A stretch of 58,157 nucleotides of DNA, counting the filler, from Squatina squatina (Eukaryota), in NCBI GenBank assembly GCA_031763465.1. It is 4 parts of 3 records of this genome, joined end to end, with 100 filler letters (N's around TTAATTAATTAA, not from the genome) between each part and the next. Parts side by side here need not be neighbours in the genome. Positions count along the whole stretch, not along the records: positions 1 to 18,483 come from JARFOE010000001.1; 3 more parts are not named here. One strand, written 5' to 3'. This document shows, piece after piece, positions 1-11,938 of this stretch. The translations under genes were made by a program, and so were the position numbers. The stretch's first letter is position 1. Each line of letters opens with the position of its first letter. The notes beneath the pieces were generated by a model. That model saw nothing but the letters and a program-made list of their open reading frames with translations, ran no database searches and was not told where the DNA came from.

Positions 1-428
1 AAAAGTGTTGTTATGCAGCATGCTGTTCAATTAAGGTCAAGGGCTCAAGATGTACTACGGAGGGTATTCTGTGCCAAACTATGACATTACAATTCAATGA
101 ATACTGCAAATATGGCTACTTAACAAGCAAGGTGACCTCAGTACCACTTTAGCGTGTCCTGATATCAAGATGTGGATGTCTGGCTATATATTTTATACCC
201 AATACTAACATTTTGACTAATATTTCAAATCCACTGTGTGCTCTCCACTATCAGATAGCCAGTTTCCATATATATTGTAAACAACAGTATAACCTGCATG
301 TTCATTTGCTGGAGTTCAGTGATTAGTGAAAAGGTGGATAACATACAAAATGAACATATAATTAGTGCTATGGATCCCCAATGGTAAAGTAAACTAAGCC
401 ACACTCCTCGGGTATGTCGTTTTCTTAC

Positions 429-549
429 CTTCTTTTTCAACTCTAAAAGTAAACGTTCGGTTGGAGGACACCACCTCAAATTTGTTGTCTCCCAATCCAT
501 GGATTGTGCTTATTGAAGAGAGTGGGATTATTCCTTTTGAGTACATTTC
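429..549 (-). CDS. ARAP2: ARAP2 internal exon, first PH domain (EMYSKGIIPLSSISTIHGLGDNKFEVVSSNRTFTFRVEKE)
   Basis: Pyrimidine-rich acceptor (ttcctttcccccatcaaag|GAA) and GTAAGA donor; 121 nt. Peptide closely matches recalled human ARAP2 PH1 (EMYSKGIIPLSAISTVRVQGDNKFEVVTTQRTFVFRVEKEE). The ORF track reads this in the wrong frame. Confidence 0.92.
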
Positions 550-3500
550 CTTTGATGGGGGAAAGGAAGCAAAAGAACATAAGTAGAAAAATATTAATCC
601 ATTTTATCTCAAGCTACAGTGAATATTTATGTCTCGAGATTGAAGTTACTGAACAGCATCCACTGAATACCGCCATACTAATTATGTAGATCTGACCTCT
701 TCAATCTGGCCCTGGGATACTGTGCTGGCTACACAGAAACCAACACGCAATGCAAATAAGTTAATAAAGTTAAAAGCAAAAGTTTTTTGTGGAATCAAAG
801 AAGCCTTCAGAGTACATTATAGCTCAATTCAATTGTGAATCTTTCATTTTTGTTTTAATTATTCAATATTTGATGAAAACAATGCTTCTTTTATCCCCTT
901 TAAGACTCAATTATGCCTATTATTTTCAAATTTGATTTAAAGTCCATTTTGTAAAGGACCAGTACTGATTAGATGTTTTGTTGCATCCAATTATAATTTA
1001 TGAAACTACGCCTGCATCATCCTACTTGCTGACCTTCAATATAATTATATTCCTATCTCAATGGAGGTTAGATAAGCAGTCACTGATTTCACAGAGGAGA
1101 AATATTTTCACACACCCCTCCCACCTCATCAATCACAAACCTTCTAAAGACTTTCTACTTTATAAATTGATTTGTAATATTCATTGTAGAGTGCTTCAAT
1201 TAATCATGTTGATAATCTTAAACACTTTCTTTAATATTACAGTTTTGAACCATATGATTTATGATACAAATGTTACCATAACATGGTAATTATGACATTT
1301 GATATTAAACTTATAATTACAGTGTTAGACTAAATGCCCAAACTGTCATTGTTGCAGGTTTATAGCTTGAATATAGCTATAGATTTTGATACTGCAGTAA
1401 CAGAGGATAGCAAATAGGTTCAAACAAAGCTACAATATTTTGAGTTATAAAAGGCCAACAGCATCAATAAAGGACAGGAANNNNNNNNNNNNNNNNNNNN
1501 NNNNNNNNNNNNNNNNNNNNNNNNNNNNNNNNNNNNNNNNNNNNNNNNNNNNNNNNNNNNNNNNNNNNNNNNNNNNNNNNCTGCAACTATCAAGTTCATT
1601 TCCCATCATAAGTTCCATTTATATATCACAATTAATATGCTGTAAACTGTCTCCAAGTAAAACATGGCCTATTTTATCTCAAGGCAACAAAGATTGCCTA
1701 TGTACTTCAAACGTGGACACCTGTTGTGGTGGATGACAAGATACAAGACTGCAGGTGTGTTAGCACAGCCAACTTTCGACCTCACTTATCTCAGGAGTAC
1801 TAGAAGTGAGCCATGTTTGGTGTCACTCTAGCTACAAATGAACATAGGGCTCAAATCAAATCAATCAATGTACTCGCCTTGCTGGAGCACACCGCTACTT
1901 TTCGTATGGTGTCGTATCAAATTGTGAAAGCAAAATTACTGCCACAGGCCTGTGACTGACAGCAGAATTCAAATGATCTACTTGTTCCCTGTAACTTAAT
2001 TCTCAAAGGTGGTTTCTTTTGTAATTGATGCTCCGAGCTTAAATGATAATAATTTGCTTGAGCTGCTGAAAAAAAAATTGTTGCTGTGTTACGCAGAGCG
2101 ACAACTGCCATTTTCAGAGTGTAACAATCGGAGGAACTTTATAATATCCCCTTCTATTTATGCAAAGTAAAGGGAATCACAGCATTCTTCTCTATTTAAC
2201 TACAATGGGAAAAATTGAGCTTCAGTGAGCACTGGATAAACAATGCCAAGAGAATACTTGCAAAACGCTATTAAAGAATCTTAAGTGTGATGGGAATAGG
2301 CGACCCGTGTGGAAATGTCAGCACATGGGTTGTTTAGAATGATTAAAACAAATATTTCTCAGACAAGAGATTTAAATGTAGACAGAGAGTATGGATTGCA
2401 CCCACTGAGAAGGTCCTGATCTCAACTATGAAGTCTAAGAAAATCAATGAAAAATTGAAGCACCTCCTAACGAAGGAAGGGAAACTGGAATGGAACTCCA
2501 ACCCATTTTCTGCCATTCACAGCATCTAATGCTAGAGATGCATAGGAAGACTTCCCTCAAGAGGGATAGAGCTTGTAACGTTTTGGGATTTTTAATTTCT
2601 TTTTTTTCACCAAAAGGATTTTTGGATTTGGTAATATATTTAATTGTTGTGTTTCTAGAACCAAGTGAATTTGCAAAAGTTTCTTTTACAAACGGCCCCA
2701 GGCTGTGGGTGTTGAACGTCTGTATTACGGCCAGCTTTTTCCAGTTAGAAATAGTGCCAAAAGCAAGTCAGCCAGCTCACAAAAGGGACATAGCACATGG
2801 TTTATTATTTTCTCAATGAGAGAAGTGTGATTTAGTGAAGGAAGTGGGATTTGCTTTAATTGTTACTTTGTATGTTCACTTGCTGTCTGTCAAATAAGGC
2901 AGCTAAACAATTTACATCAGGCCTCANNNNNNNNNNNNNNNNNNNNNNNNNNNNNNNNNNNNNNNNNNNNNNNNNNNNNNNNNNNNNNNNNNNNNNNNNN
3001 NNNNNNNNNNNNNNNNNNNNNNNNNNCTTCACTATAACAGGAGTCTGGATTCAGTTAGTGACACTGGCGGCACATTGGGACCGGGGAGAGATCTTCAACA
3101 AGCGGTTAGCGGGTTGCACCAATGGCACACGGAACAAAGTCCCGCCGTTGTATCCGTTCACTGTGAGGTGTGCCCAACTTCCATGTGTTTTATACAAGTC
3201 ACTGAGACACTGAAAGCGCTGACTTTCTGAATGACAACAATGGACTTGTCCTGTTTGGAACCTCAGCTTTAACACATTTCAGCTTTGTACAAACTCATTT
3301 GAATGGTTCCCGAACCCACAAAACCATTTCATTTCATAAGTATGTGAGCGCTCACTAAAGATTGTCCAGGCAAGATCCAGATGGCGTTGAGGTCAATTGG
3401 AGGCACATGGAGGGTGTTCTGGATTTACTTAAACACTTGTTTCTCTGCTGACTCAAACTACTTTCTGCTTTCTGATCTATTCCAGGTCCCCACAGCATCT

Positions 3501-3824
3501 GTTTGAATTCATCTCCTTTTGCAGAGCATGCTTTGTATCTCATTAATTGCGAAAGTCTCATTTAATGGATGAACCAGTGTAACCGTCTTTAGATGATCAC
3601 ACATGAAAGATTTTCCATATCCCACTCATCTTCATTGAGGTTTGGTGTGAAAGCAGTGAATGTAATGGGTTCTATGGAGACGGAGTTGACAACATATACT
3701 AATTTTTTTTAAAGTCAGGGTGAATGGTGAAATAAGAAGTGGAAATTTGTCTGAAAATAAAATATAAGCTGTCATGAGCATGACAAATATATAATCCAGC
3801 CGGGGATAGTGCACAACAGTTTTT

Positions 3825-3875
3825 TTTATTTGTTCATGGGATGTGAGTGTTGCTGGCAAGGCTAACATTTATTGC
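3825..3875 (-). repeat. 3' tail fragment of the LINE/SINE family also seen at ~7000 and ~38270
   Basis: tttgttcatgggatgtgagtgttgctggcaaggctaacatttattgcc resembles 7003-7050. Confidence 0.65.
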
Positions 3876-3953
3876 CAAAGCGAAATACTGCGGATGCTGG
3901 AATCTAGAATATAAACAAAAAATGCTGGAAAAACTCAGCAGGTCAGGCAGCAT
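3876..3953. repeat. Common shark interspersed repeat (probably a Penelope-like element end), truncated by a gap
   Basis: aaatactgcggatgctggaatct...aaatgctggaaaaactcagcaggtcaggcagcat; a diverged second copy lies at ~22515-22615. Family assignment is from memory. Confidence 0.5.
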
Positions 3954-4239
3954 NNNNNNNNNNNNNNNNNNNNNNNNNNNNNNNNNNNNNNNNNNNNNNN
4001 NNNNNNNNNNNNNNNNNNNNNNNNNNNNNNNNNNNNNNNNNNNNNNNNNNNNNTTTGGTGTAAGCCTTAGTTGAAGTTTCCAAATGTTAAATTTATCTGT
4101 TGATTAACCCCATGCATGTGGCATAAACTTTTAATTATAATTGTACTCTATCTTCACTTTCAGAAAAGACAAAATTGGATCTTTACCACTGAAAATTCAA
4201 TTCTTCATAAGTGCAATACAAGATGGCATGTTACTGTAC

Positions 4240-4927
4240 CTGTTGTCTGTAGAGTGTAGTATAGCTCCATGTGCTGCACACAGGCCAGGGAGCTGTGGCA
4301 CTGGTCTGTTTCGAAGATCAGATGCCTTCACAGGACATGGAGCAACCTGCTCAGAACTGCCCAGCATTCCGTCATAGAAATCATTCAATTTCATTTCACC
4401 TTGAAATTCAAAGTGAGGCGAGTCTGGCGGTGTGCTGGTTAAACTTTTTGTTTCCACAGATGTGGACTGTTCATTTGTAAAGGAGAAATGTGAGGAATCA
4501 ACAGAACCAGAAGGCAGCGACATCCTATCTCCAGTGAATTTGAGTGGTGGGGTGCCCTGATGAACCCGTGGTGGAAGAGGTGGTCTACAATCCACATTAC
4601 CTTGTGGTTCAGATGAATTGTTGAAACAGGCATCATCAGGCTCAAATGCATCTGTTTTCAGGTTTTTGCCAACTGGAAATTTCTGCTGTACTTCAACCCG
4701 CTGCATTTGAGGAGATGGAATTTTGTTTTTTGAGTTAATAGATCCATCAATGTTTATGGGGTCTCTATGGTCTGAAGTTAAACCACTCAGCTTTGACACT
4801 GTTGCACTTCTTTCAGCTTCTATGTTAGGTGGGCTATGTAAAGTTAAGCCCAAATTGTCACTCTCCGATTCAGTGTCTCCAGTCAATAATTTATCAGGAT
4901 CTTTAGATACCATCGATTCATCTACTT
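4240..4927 (-). CDS. ARAP2: ARAP2 large N-terminal low-complexity exon (downstream of the SAM domain)
   Basis: Open frame with PPLPPR, FEFQGEMKLNDFY and LRNRPVPQLP, resembling recalled human FQGEMIVNDLY and LRHRPVPEIP. Acceptor tttccag at 4930-4928; donor CAG|gtacag at 4239. Same strand as, and upstream of, the PH exon. Confidence 0.8.
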
Positions 4928-5394
4928 CTGGAAACACACAACACAAAGAAACGCAAAACACAAAGTAATGCATAACACCAGAAACACACATCACCAAGAA
5001 ATGAACAGCACCAGGATACAATACCAGGAGACACACAACACAAAGAAGGCACAACATCAGGAAACACACAACACCCGGGCACACAACACAGAAAACACAC
5101 AACACCTGGAAACGCACAACACCCAGAAACAAACAAGACAAAGAAATGCAAAACACAAATTAATGCATAACACCCAGCAACATGCAACACATAGAGACAA
5201 ACAACACTAGGAAACATACAACCCCCAGAAACACCAGGAAACAGACAACACCTGGAAACAAACAACACCAAAATACAGACAAACCAAGAAGCGCACACTG
5301 CCTGGAAACAGACAACTTGAGGAAACACACAACACCTGGAACCATGCAACAGCAGGAAACACAATACCAGCTAACACACAACAATCAGAGACAC
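4928..5394. repeat. Degenerate AC-rich minisatellite (~17-20 bp, consensus about GGAAACACACAACACCA/T)
   Basis: Repeated ggaaacacacaacacc(a/t)g units visible directly; runs into a gap. Confidence 0.85.
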
Positions 5395-6576
5395 NNNNNN
5401 NNNNNNNNNNNNNNNNNNNNNNNNNNNNNNNNNNNNNNNNNNNNNNNNNNNNNNNNNNNNNNNNNNNNNNNNNNNNNNNNNNNNNNNNNNNNNNACTGAA
5501 AAGCTTTTATTTAAAAGCTTAGATAAACACCTGCTCAAATTCACTGAACAGTTTGCATTAAAATCGCTTCAAAAACTGCACTGTTAGAGATACAATTTGA
5601 CTTTTTGCCACTAATAGATCATTTATAATTTAAACATAATCAAGAGCTACAACAGATGAGTAACAAGCAGAGTCTGTCATTTTGTTTCTTTTCTCTCTCA
5701 TTCATACACACACAAATATATAAAGGCAGCTTCTCCATGCTAAAAACAATCCATATAAACTTATCTGAATGAAACTTTTTGAATTTTTTGAAATAAATTT
5801 GAAAATAAGCAAGTAAATATTGCTGGAAGTTGAAAAGAAGCATTCCAGCATAGTGGCTGACTAAATGCTACTGGTCCATCCTGCAAAATTGTGCTCCTTG
5901 CACATGTTCCGAGTGCAGGATTTGACAGCAAATGCTGACAACCTTGCTGTGATAAAACTGATCCCATAATATATATTTGTCTTTATTATTTTATTAGTTA
6001 GGTATCTGACAAATATGATATCTGAAAAATCTTCTGGATGTGCTGGGTTCATTCTGTGGTTAACTATCTAACTAGCTCTTGCTTATGACATGATGTTAGA
6101 CTGAATAAGGCTCAGCTCTGAATATTCAATCAATCATTTCAAAAATTGACAGTATATTTGATTACAAAAATACAAGCTTGGCAAACACTGCCTTTTTTCA
6201 AGGAAATAAGGTCAGAGAAATGCACCTCAAACAATCTGCTCAAAATAATATAGCATGCAGATACAGAAACAAGGGAAATTAAATTTATGGTGATTTGTGA
6301 CTCTGTCATTGGATTTGGTATGGATATAAATTATATCAGTGAATACAGTATAAGGCAATTCTTGCAATGTTTGTAGCTAACCTGTCACAATAACGTCATT
6401 CCGCTTCTAAATATATATGTTTGCATTAATGTAAAACTTGCCCTGAAGGTCTTGTTCAGATTTCAGAGGTAGCATCTTCACCAAAGAGAGAAACCTTTCA
6501 GTATCTGTAACTGAAATACTGAAATTCTTAATGATAGCAACGTGTTCCCAAGATATCCTTATTTAATTACAAACTC

Positions 6577-6608
<32 letters not shown>
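6577..6608. repeat. Compound (TG)n(AG)n microsatellite
   Basis: Direct reading. Confidence 0.95.
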
Positions 6609-6999
6609 CTGGCTGAGGGGACCGGAGAGACAACCCATAATAATAACTGAACTGAAATTCATCCTTAAGATCCTACTTCATCTTTTTCCCACCCACTCAG
6701 TTTTATTAACTGTAATTAACAGAAATTAACAGATAAAATTGATTGTCAAACCCATTCTATTGTCAGGAAAGCTCATGACGATGGGGGTGATGGGAAGAAA
6801 AACTTGTTGAAGGGAAATATTTTTAAAAAATTGTTACTATTGTCAACATCTGTGTTCTATAAGGACCATGTTCGTCCAGCGATGAAACATTGCAACCTGT
6901 TTGGTGGGCTGAAGAGACAGCCCATCTTTTACTTTTCGATTCTATAGTATCATAGATGTTTAGAGCACAGAAGGAGCCCATTTGAACAGTTAAAATTTT

Positions 7000-7547
7000 T
7001 TTTATTCATTCTGGAATGTGGACGTCGCTGGCAAGGCCAGCATTTATTGCCCATCCCTAATTGCCCTTAAGAAGGCGGTGATGAGCCATCTTCATGAACC
7101 GCTGCAAGTCCTTGTGGTGAATGTATTCCCACAGTGCTGTTAGGGAGGGGGTTCCAGGACTTTGACCCAGCGACAATGAAGGAAGCGGAAAATATTTCCA
7201 AGTCAGGATGGTGTGTAACTTGGAGGGGAAATTGCAGGTGGTGGTGTTCCCATGCGCCTGCTGCCCTTCTCCTTCTAGTTGGTAGAGGTCATGGGTTTGG
7301 AAGGTGCTGCCGAAGAAGTCGTGGCGAGTTACTGCAGTGCATCGTATAGGTGGTACATACTGCAGCCACAGTGCGCCAGTGGTGGAGGGAGTGAATGTTG
7401 AAGGTAGTGCATGGGATGCCAATCAAGCGGGCTGCTTTATCCTGGATTGTGTCGAGCTTCTTGAGTGTTGTTGGAGCTGCACTGGAGAGTATTCCATCAC
7501 ACTCCTGGTTTGCGTCTTGCAGATGCTGGAAAAGCTTTGGGGAGGCA
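7000..7547 (-). mobile_element. 3' part of a non-LTR retrotransposon (CR1/L2-superfamily LINE): ORF2 C-terminus and tail
   Basis: The minus strand reads with frameshifts as ...NIHSLHH...KSWNPLPNSTVG...LQRFMKMAHHRLLKGN*, followed by tail agggatgggcaataaatgctggcc. A second copy lies at 19410-19500 (+). Confidence 0.75.
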
Positions 7548-7647
7548 NNNNNNNNNNNNNNNNNNNNNNNNNNNNNNNNNNNNNNNNNNNNNNNNNNNNN
7601 NNNNNNNNNNNNNNNNNNNNNNNNNNNNNNNNNNNNNNNNNNNNNNN

Positions 7648-9144
7648 TACGCCTACTCCTATATTTTATATTCTTATGTTCTTATGTTTATTCCATACTC
7701 AATTTACAAGCTGCAGCTGGTGTAAGCATGCACCTCTTACTTTCCCCCCTCCCCACACCACAACCTTACCCTTGTGCCATTCTCCTTTCAGATAACCAAG
7801 ATCTGCAACCTTCCCAGGCAGTGTGGAAGAGCAAGCAGGCACACCATCATTCTATTGCACACTCGCAGCCACCAGTTGAGATACTGATACTGTGCATAAT
7901 TTAGAGGATAGCATGGTGGCAGGATCAGCATGTGGTGACACAGCAGGAACAAGTGGCCTGCAGGAGGCAAGGGTAGTGCTGGTGCCAGGGCCCTGAAAGG
8001 CGAGGTCGCACACGAGTTCTGCTTCACAGGGCTCGGATGAGGACTTCGATGGGTGAGGCTATGGACGAAGGCAGATAGGTTTGCACAATGATATGATTAG
8101 TGCATTGGGATGCCTGCCAGAAAGCCTGTGAGCAATGTCAAGGAGCATGAAGGAGTCTTTGCACCAGCTTTGCATGGAGCTTGGAATCCATCCTTTCCAG
8201 CATAGAAATTGTGGCCAACTCCATCAATGCACTTGTCAACCCAATCATGATGCAACGTGTGAATACCGATGTTTCAGCTTCCATTGCAGCACAAGCAACA
8301 GTGACCCAACGTCTGAGTTCTGCAGCAGCAGCTTAGACTGCCGTCATGTAAGGTCAGCTTGCTGTCATGCAAGGTCAGACTGCTGCCATCATGGCTGTGG
8401 ATTACAATGTTCAAAGGGGCTTTCATGGTGTCACAGCAGTCCAGCAATCTGTCCTCTCACTGGTTACTACGATTGCTGGGGCACTGCCCTGGAGGAGTGG
8501 CAATGGCTCCATGTGCACAAGCCTGCTGTCCTCTCTCAAGATGACAGCATTCGTACTTCCACCGCTGCCACTCCGCCAGTGCCCTTGTTCAGCCAGCCAG
8601 CCCAGACTGCTGCTGCTCATGCCAAGATGGTACAGGCCTTCTAGGCCGAGAGCTGCTCGAGATCATCCGCCAAGACCATCTGCAGTCTCCTCCATTGAAA
8701 GTCAGCAGCCTTCCACCAGTTATGCTGCAGCCACTGGGGTAGCACTGCATAGGAACGGGCAAAGGCGCAAAGGGCAAAGGGAAAGTACAAGGGTAATTAG
8801 TTTGCATTTGTATGCAATATGGCATGATTTGATTTATAAATTTGGTTTAGAATGTTTATTTTGTGGAGGCTTTTATTTTTGCATTGTGGTCACTGTGATG
8901 GTCAGTGCCAGAGGGAAGGGAAGGAGTGGACTCTTTGCGAATGAAGATTTGGGGTTTCGGTTACAAGTATCGCACACAGATGAGTTCTTCATGGACAGCC
9001 CAAGCAGGAAAGGGCCGTCTAGGTTGCCTCCTCCCTTTCTCTTGATCCTCCTCCTCAGCTTCTTGCCTGATAGATAGTGGCAAGGGCTATCCCCCAAGGA
9101 TGGCGACTCCTGCAGCAGACCAACCACTTTGCGGAGTACCGCAG
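7648..9144. mobile_element. Decayed PIF/Harbinger transposon: transposase C-terminus (- strand, ~8960-9144) convergent with a degenerate second ORF region (+)
   Basis: The minus strand gives ...VCC..AILGG*PLPLSIRQEAEEEDQEKGRRQPRRPFPAWAVHEELICVRYL*, resembling HARBI1-like C-termini (CC-LHN, acidic tract, R-LI-RF). The adjacent GC-richer + strand region has broken ORFs and an acceptor at 7790, consistent with the Myb/SANT-like partner gene. Confidence 0.6.
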
Positions 9145-9708
9145 NNNNNNNNNNNNNNNNNNNNNNNNNNNNNNNNNNNNNNNNNNNNNNNNNNNNNNNN
9201 NNNNNNNNNNNNNNNNNNNNNNNNNNNNNNNNNNNNNNNNNNNNCTGGTGTAGGAACGCTTGGCATCTTATTCCCCTTATCAATAGTTAATACTTGAATG
9301 CAGAAGAAATGAAATAATTATATACGATTTGAGCCTGAAATGAAGAGCCTGTCTGAAATTGAGGAGGGGTGGCATTTCATTATGAATCACAATTTCACCC
9401 TTAAGTCAAGTCTCAGTGATTAATGAAAGGAGGCAAATAAAGGCTGATCACCACAACGAACTGTGGAAAAGGCTTTGCTGAGGGTAATTGAAAATGACAG
9501 CTTCTTTCGTACTCACCACCGGCAGTGATTCCAACCTGTAGCAGTGCCACATCTTATTACAGTAGATAACCTGGCTGGCAGGGGTAAGGCCAGTCAAGCA
9601 ATTGGATTTAAATTAAGATATATTAAAAATGGAAGAAGCTGTAACCACAAGCACCAAGCGGAAAGTAGGCTTGTGAACATGCTGAAGTAAGAATTCCTCT
9701 GGTTACTA

Positions 9709-10012
9709 TGGGGAAATTTTAACTCCCAAGAACGGGTGGGTTAGGGGCAGGTGGTTAGTTAAAATAAGTCATTTTTAGATCACGACCGCAACCTGGCTCC
9801 AACACACCCACCTCTGGGTTTAATGGAAACCCAATTGGATGGCTGCGAATAATCTACTCGCTGCAGTCAGGACCTTAATTTGTCCAGGTGGGTAGTTATC
9901 ACAGCAATTAACTTCCTTATGAGATGTTAATGAGGTGTTTATACATTGAATGATACTAATCTTTCAATTTAATGTATCCAGCATGGGTTTCCCAGGGCTC
10001 AGAAACCCAGCA
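9709..10012 (+). mobile_element. Left end of a non-autonomous DNA transposon (Harbinger-like, GGGGAAATTT terminus)
   Basis: The terminus and internal gggtttcccagggctc match the reverse complement of 16560-16773. Confidence 0.6.
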
Positions 10013-10112
10013 NNNNNNNNNNNNNNNNNNNNNNNNNNNNNNNNNNNNNNNNNNNNNNNNNNNNNNNNNNNNNNNNNNNNNNNNNNNNNNNNNNNNNNNN
10101 NNNNNNNNNNNN

Positions 10113-10345
10113 AGACTTCCTTACCCTTGTACTCTAACCCCCTTGCAATAAAGGCCAACACACCATTTGCCTTCTGAATTGCTTGCTGTGCCTGCATGTT
10201 AACTTTGTGTTTCATGTACAATGATACCCAAACCCCTCGGAACACCAACATTTAATAGTTTCTCACCATTTAAAAATATTCTGTTTCTCTCTTTTTCTGA
10301 CCAAGGTGAATAACCTCACATTTCCTCACATCATACTCCATTTGG
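10113..10345 (-). mobile_element. CR1/HER1 LINE ORF2 fragment
   Basis: Translates as ...VNMQAQQAIQKANGVLAFIARGLEYKGKEV, a typical CR1 RT C-terminal segment. Confidence 0.9.
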
Positions 10346-10557
10346 ACAGGCACATGGGGCCTCGGTTTGACGTCTCATTTGAAAGATGGAAGCTCTGGTA
10401 GTCAGTGTCTTTCCTTCTCATGCTGGGGAAAAAGTACAGTGCTGTTTTTAAATAAAAGCTTATGAGGGCTGAAAACGATGGTGTAAATCTGAGGTTTACA
10501 TTGCAGTTTGAGAAATTGCTGTTTTCTTTTAGGAACTTTGTAGTAGATGCTTTTTCA

Positions 10558-10890
10558 AAGAAAGAAAGATGTATTTCTATAGTGCCTCTCTCAACCTCAG
10601 GACATTTGAAAGTGCTTTGCAGCCAATGAAGTACTTTTGAAGTGTCGTTACAGTTGTAATGTAGGGAAATGCCGTCGCCAGTTTATGCTCAGCAAGACTC
10701 CACAAACAACAAGGAGACAAATAATCAGGTTATTCGTTTGTCAAATTGGTTGACCAGGACACTGGAAGAACTCCCCTGTTCTGCAAATAGTGTCATCAGG
10801 ATCTTTACATTTACCTGAGAGGGCAGGTGAGGCCTCGGTTTAACGTCTGATCTGCAAGATGACTTTGACAATGCAGCACTCAATCAGTAC
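10558..10890 (-). mobile_element. DeuSINE (SacSINE1/AmnSINE1-like), 5' part missing
   Basis: Reverse complement of the Deu-domain and tail seen in the full copy at 48606-49079. Confidence 0.85.
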
Positions 10891-11413
10891 TCGGGGTGGC
10901 CTTAGGGTTCTTGGGGCCAGAGTGTCATTGGGCCCCTTTTAGAGGTTTGAATTTGATGACCGAAAAGCAACTTGGGCAAGTCGGCATTTCTAATTTAAAT
11001 TTCACTTTACTCTATCCATGAAGCTGCAATGAAAGTATCAATACATTCAGTGTAATTAATATTTATTACAACTGGAATGGAGAATATTACCTAATGCATT
11101 GTATCAACACTACACTAAAAGTTACACACGTCAAAACAAACAACAAAAAGTAAAATACTGTTACCTGCAAATGTAATGCTCTTACCAAGACAAAAAAGGA
11201 GTGTTACATGAAGATATAATGGGACATAAGATAATAGCCAGTTAATTGATGAATCAAATTCAATGGTATATCTATTGGAATGTAACTTATTGAGCCTTCT
11301 TGGAAGCGAAGTCCTCAATCAGATCACTATAATCCAAATCTCTGCCAATTTTATGTTCAACTGAAATCAATACTAATCCAACTTGGCGTTCTTGTGACAG
11401 AAGAGCGCAGATT
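10891..11413 (-). mobile_element. 3' end of a hAT DNA transposon with a transposase C-terminal remnant (11287-11413)
   Basis: LSQERQVGLVLISVEHKIGRDLDYSDLIEDFASKKAQ* matches the hAT C-terminal dimerisation-domain pattern (MSQERL-GLA-I-IE---LDY---I--FA--KAR). GC-rich terminus cggggtggccttaggg...gggccc at 10891. Confidence 0.8.
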
Positions 11414-11549
11414 NNNNNNNNNNNNNNNNNNNNNNNNNNNNNNNNNNNNNNNNNNNNNNNNNNNNNNNNNNNNNNNNNNNNNNNNNNNNNNNNNNNNNNN
11501 NNNNNNNNNNNNNTAAAATTACAAAATACTTTCTGCATAACTAGTTGAC

Positions 11550-11938
11550 AGTTTTTAAAATTCTCATCCTTGTTTTTAAATCCCGCCATGGCCTCACCCC
11601 CTCCCTATCTCTGTAACCTCCTTCAGCCCGACAACCCATCGAAATCTCTGCGCTCCTCCAATTCTGGCCTCTTGCGCATCCTTGATTTTTACCTCTCCAC
11701 CATTGGCAGCCATGCCTTCAGCTGGCTGGGCCCTAAGCTCTGAAATTCCCTGCCTAAATCTTTCTGACTCTGTACCTCTCTCTCCTCCTTTAAGATGCTC
11801 CTTAAAACCTACCTCCTGGTCCANNNNNNNNNNGTCCAAGTTTTTGAAATCTTGTTTGACACTGATCCTGCAAAGTGCCTTGGGACTTTTTACTATGTTG
11901 AAGGTGCTATATAAATGCAACGTCTTGTTGTTGTTGTT
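11550..11938 (+). mobile_element. L2 LINE 3' end (ORF2 C-terminus and tail)
   Basis: FKILILVFKSRHGLTPPYLCNLLQP...SLRSSNSGLLRIL...SSFKMLLKTYL, then tail gctatataaatgcaacgtcttgttgttgttg. Confidence 0.85.

Noticed and set aside
225-500. 91-aa ORF with a hydrophobic segment
   Set aside because: Wrong-frame overlap with the ARAP2 exon, running into the intron.
4918-5499. Cys/Val-rich and Thr/His/Gln-rich ORFs
   Set aside because: Translations of the AC-rich minisatellite.
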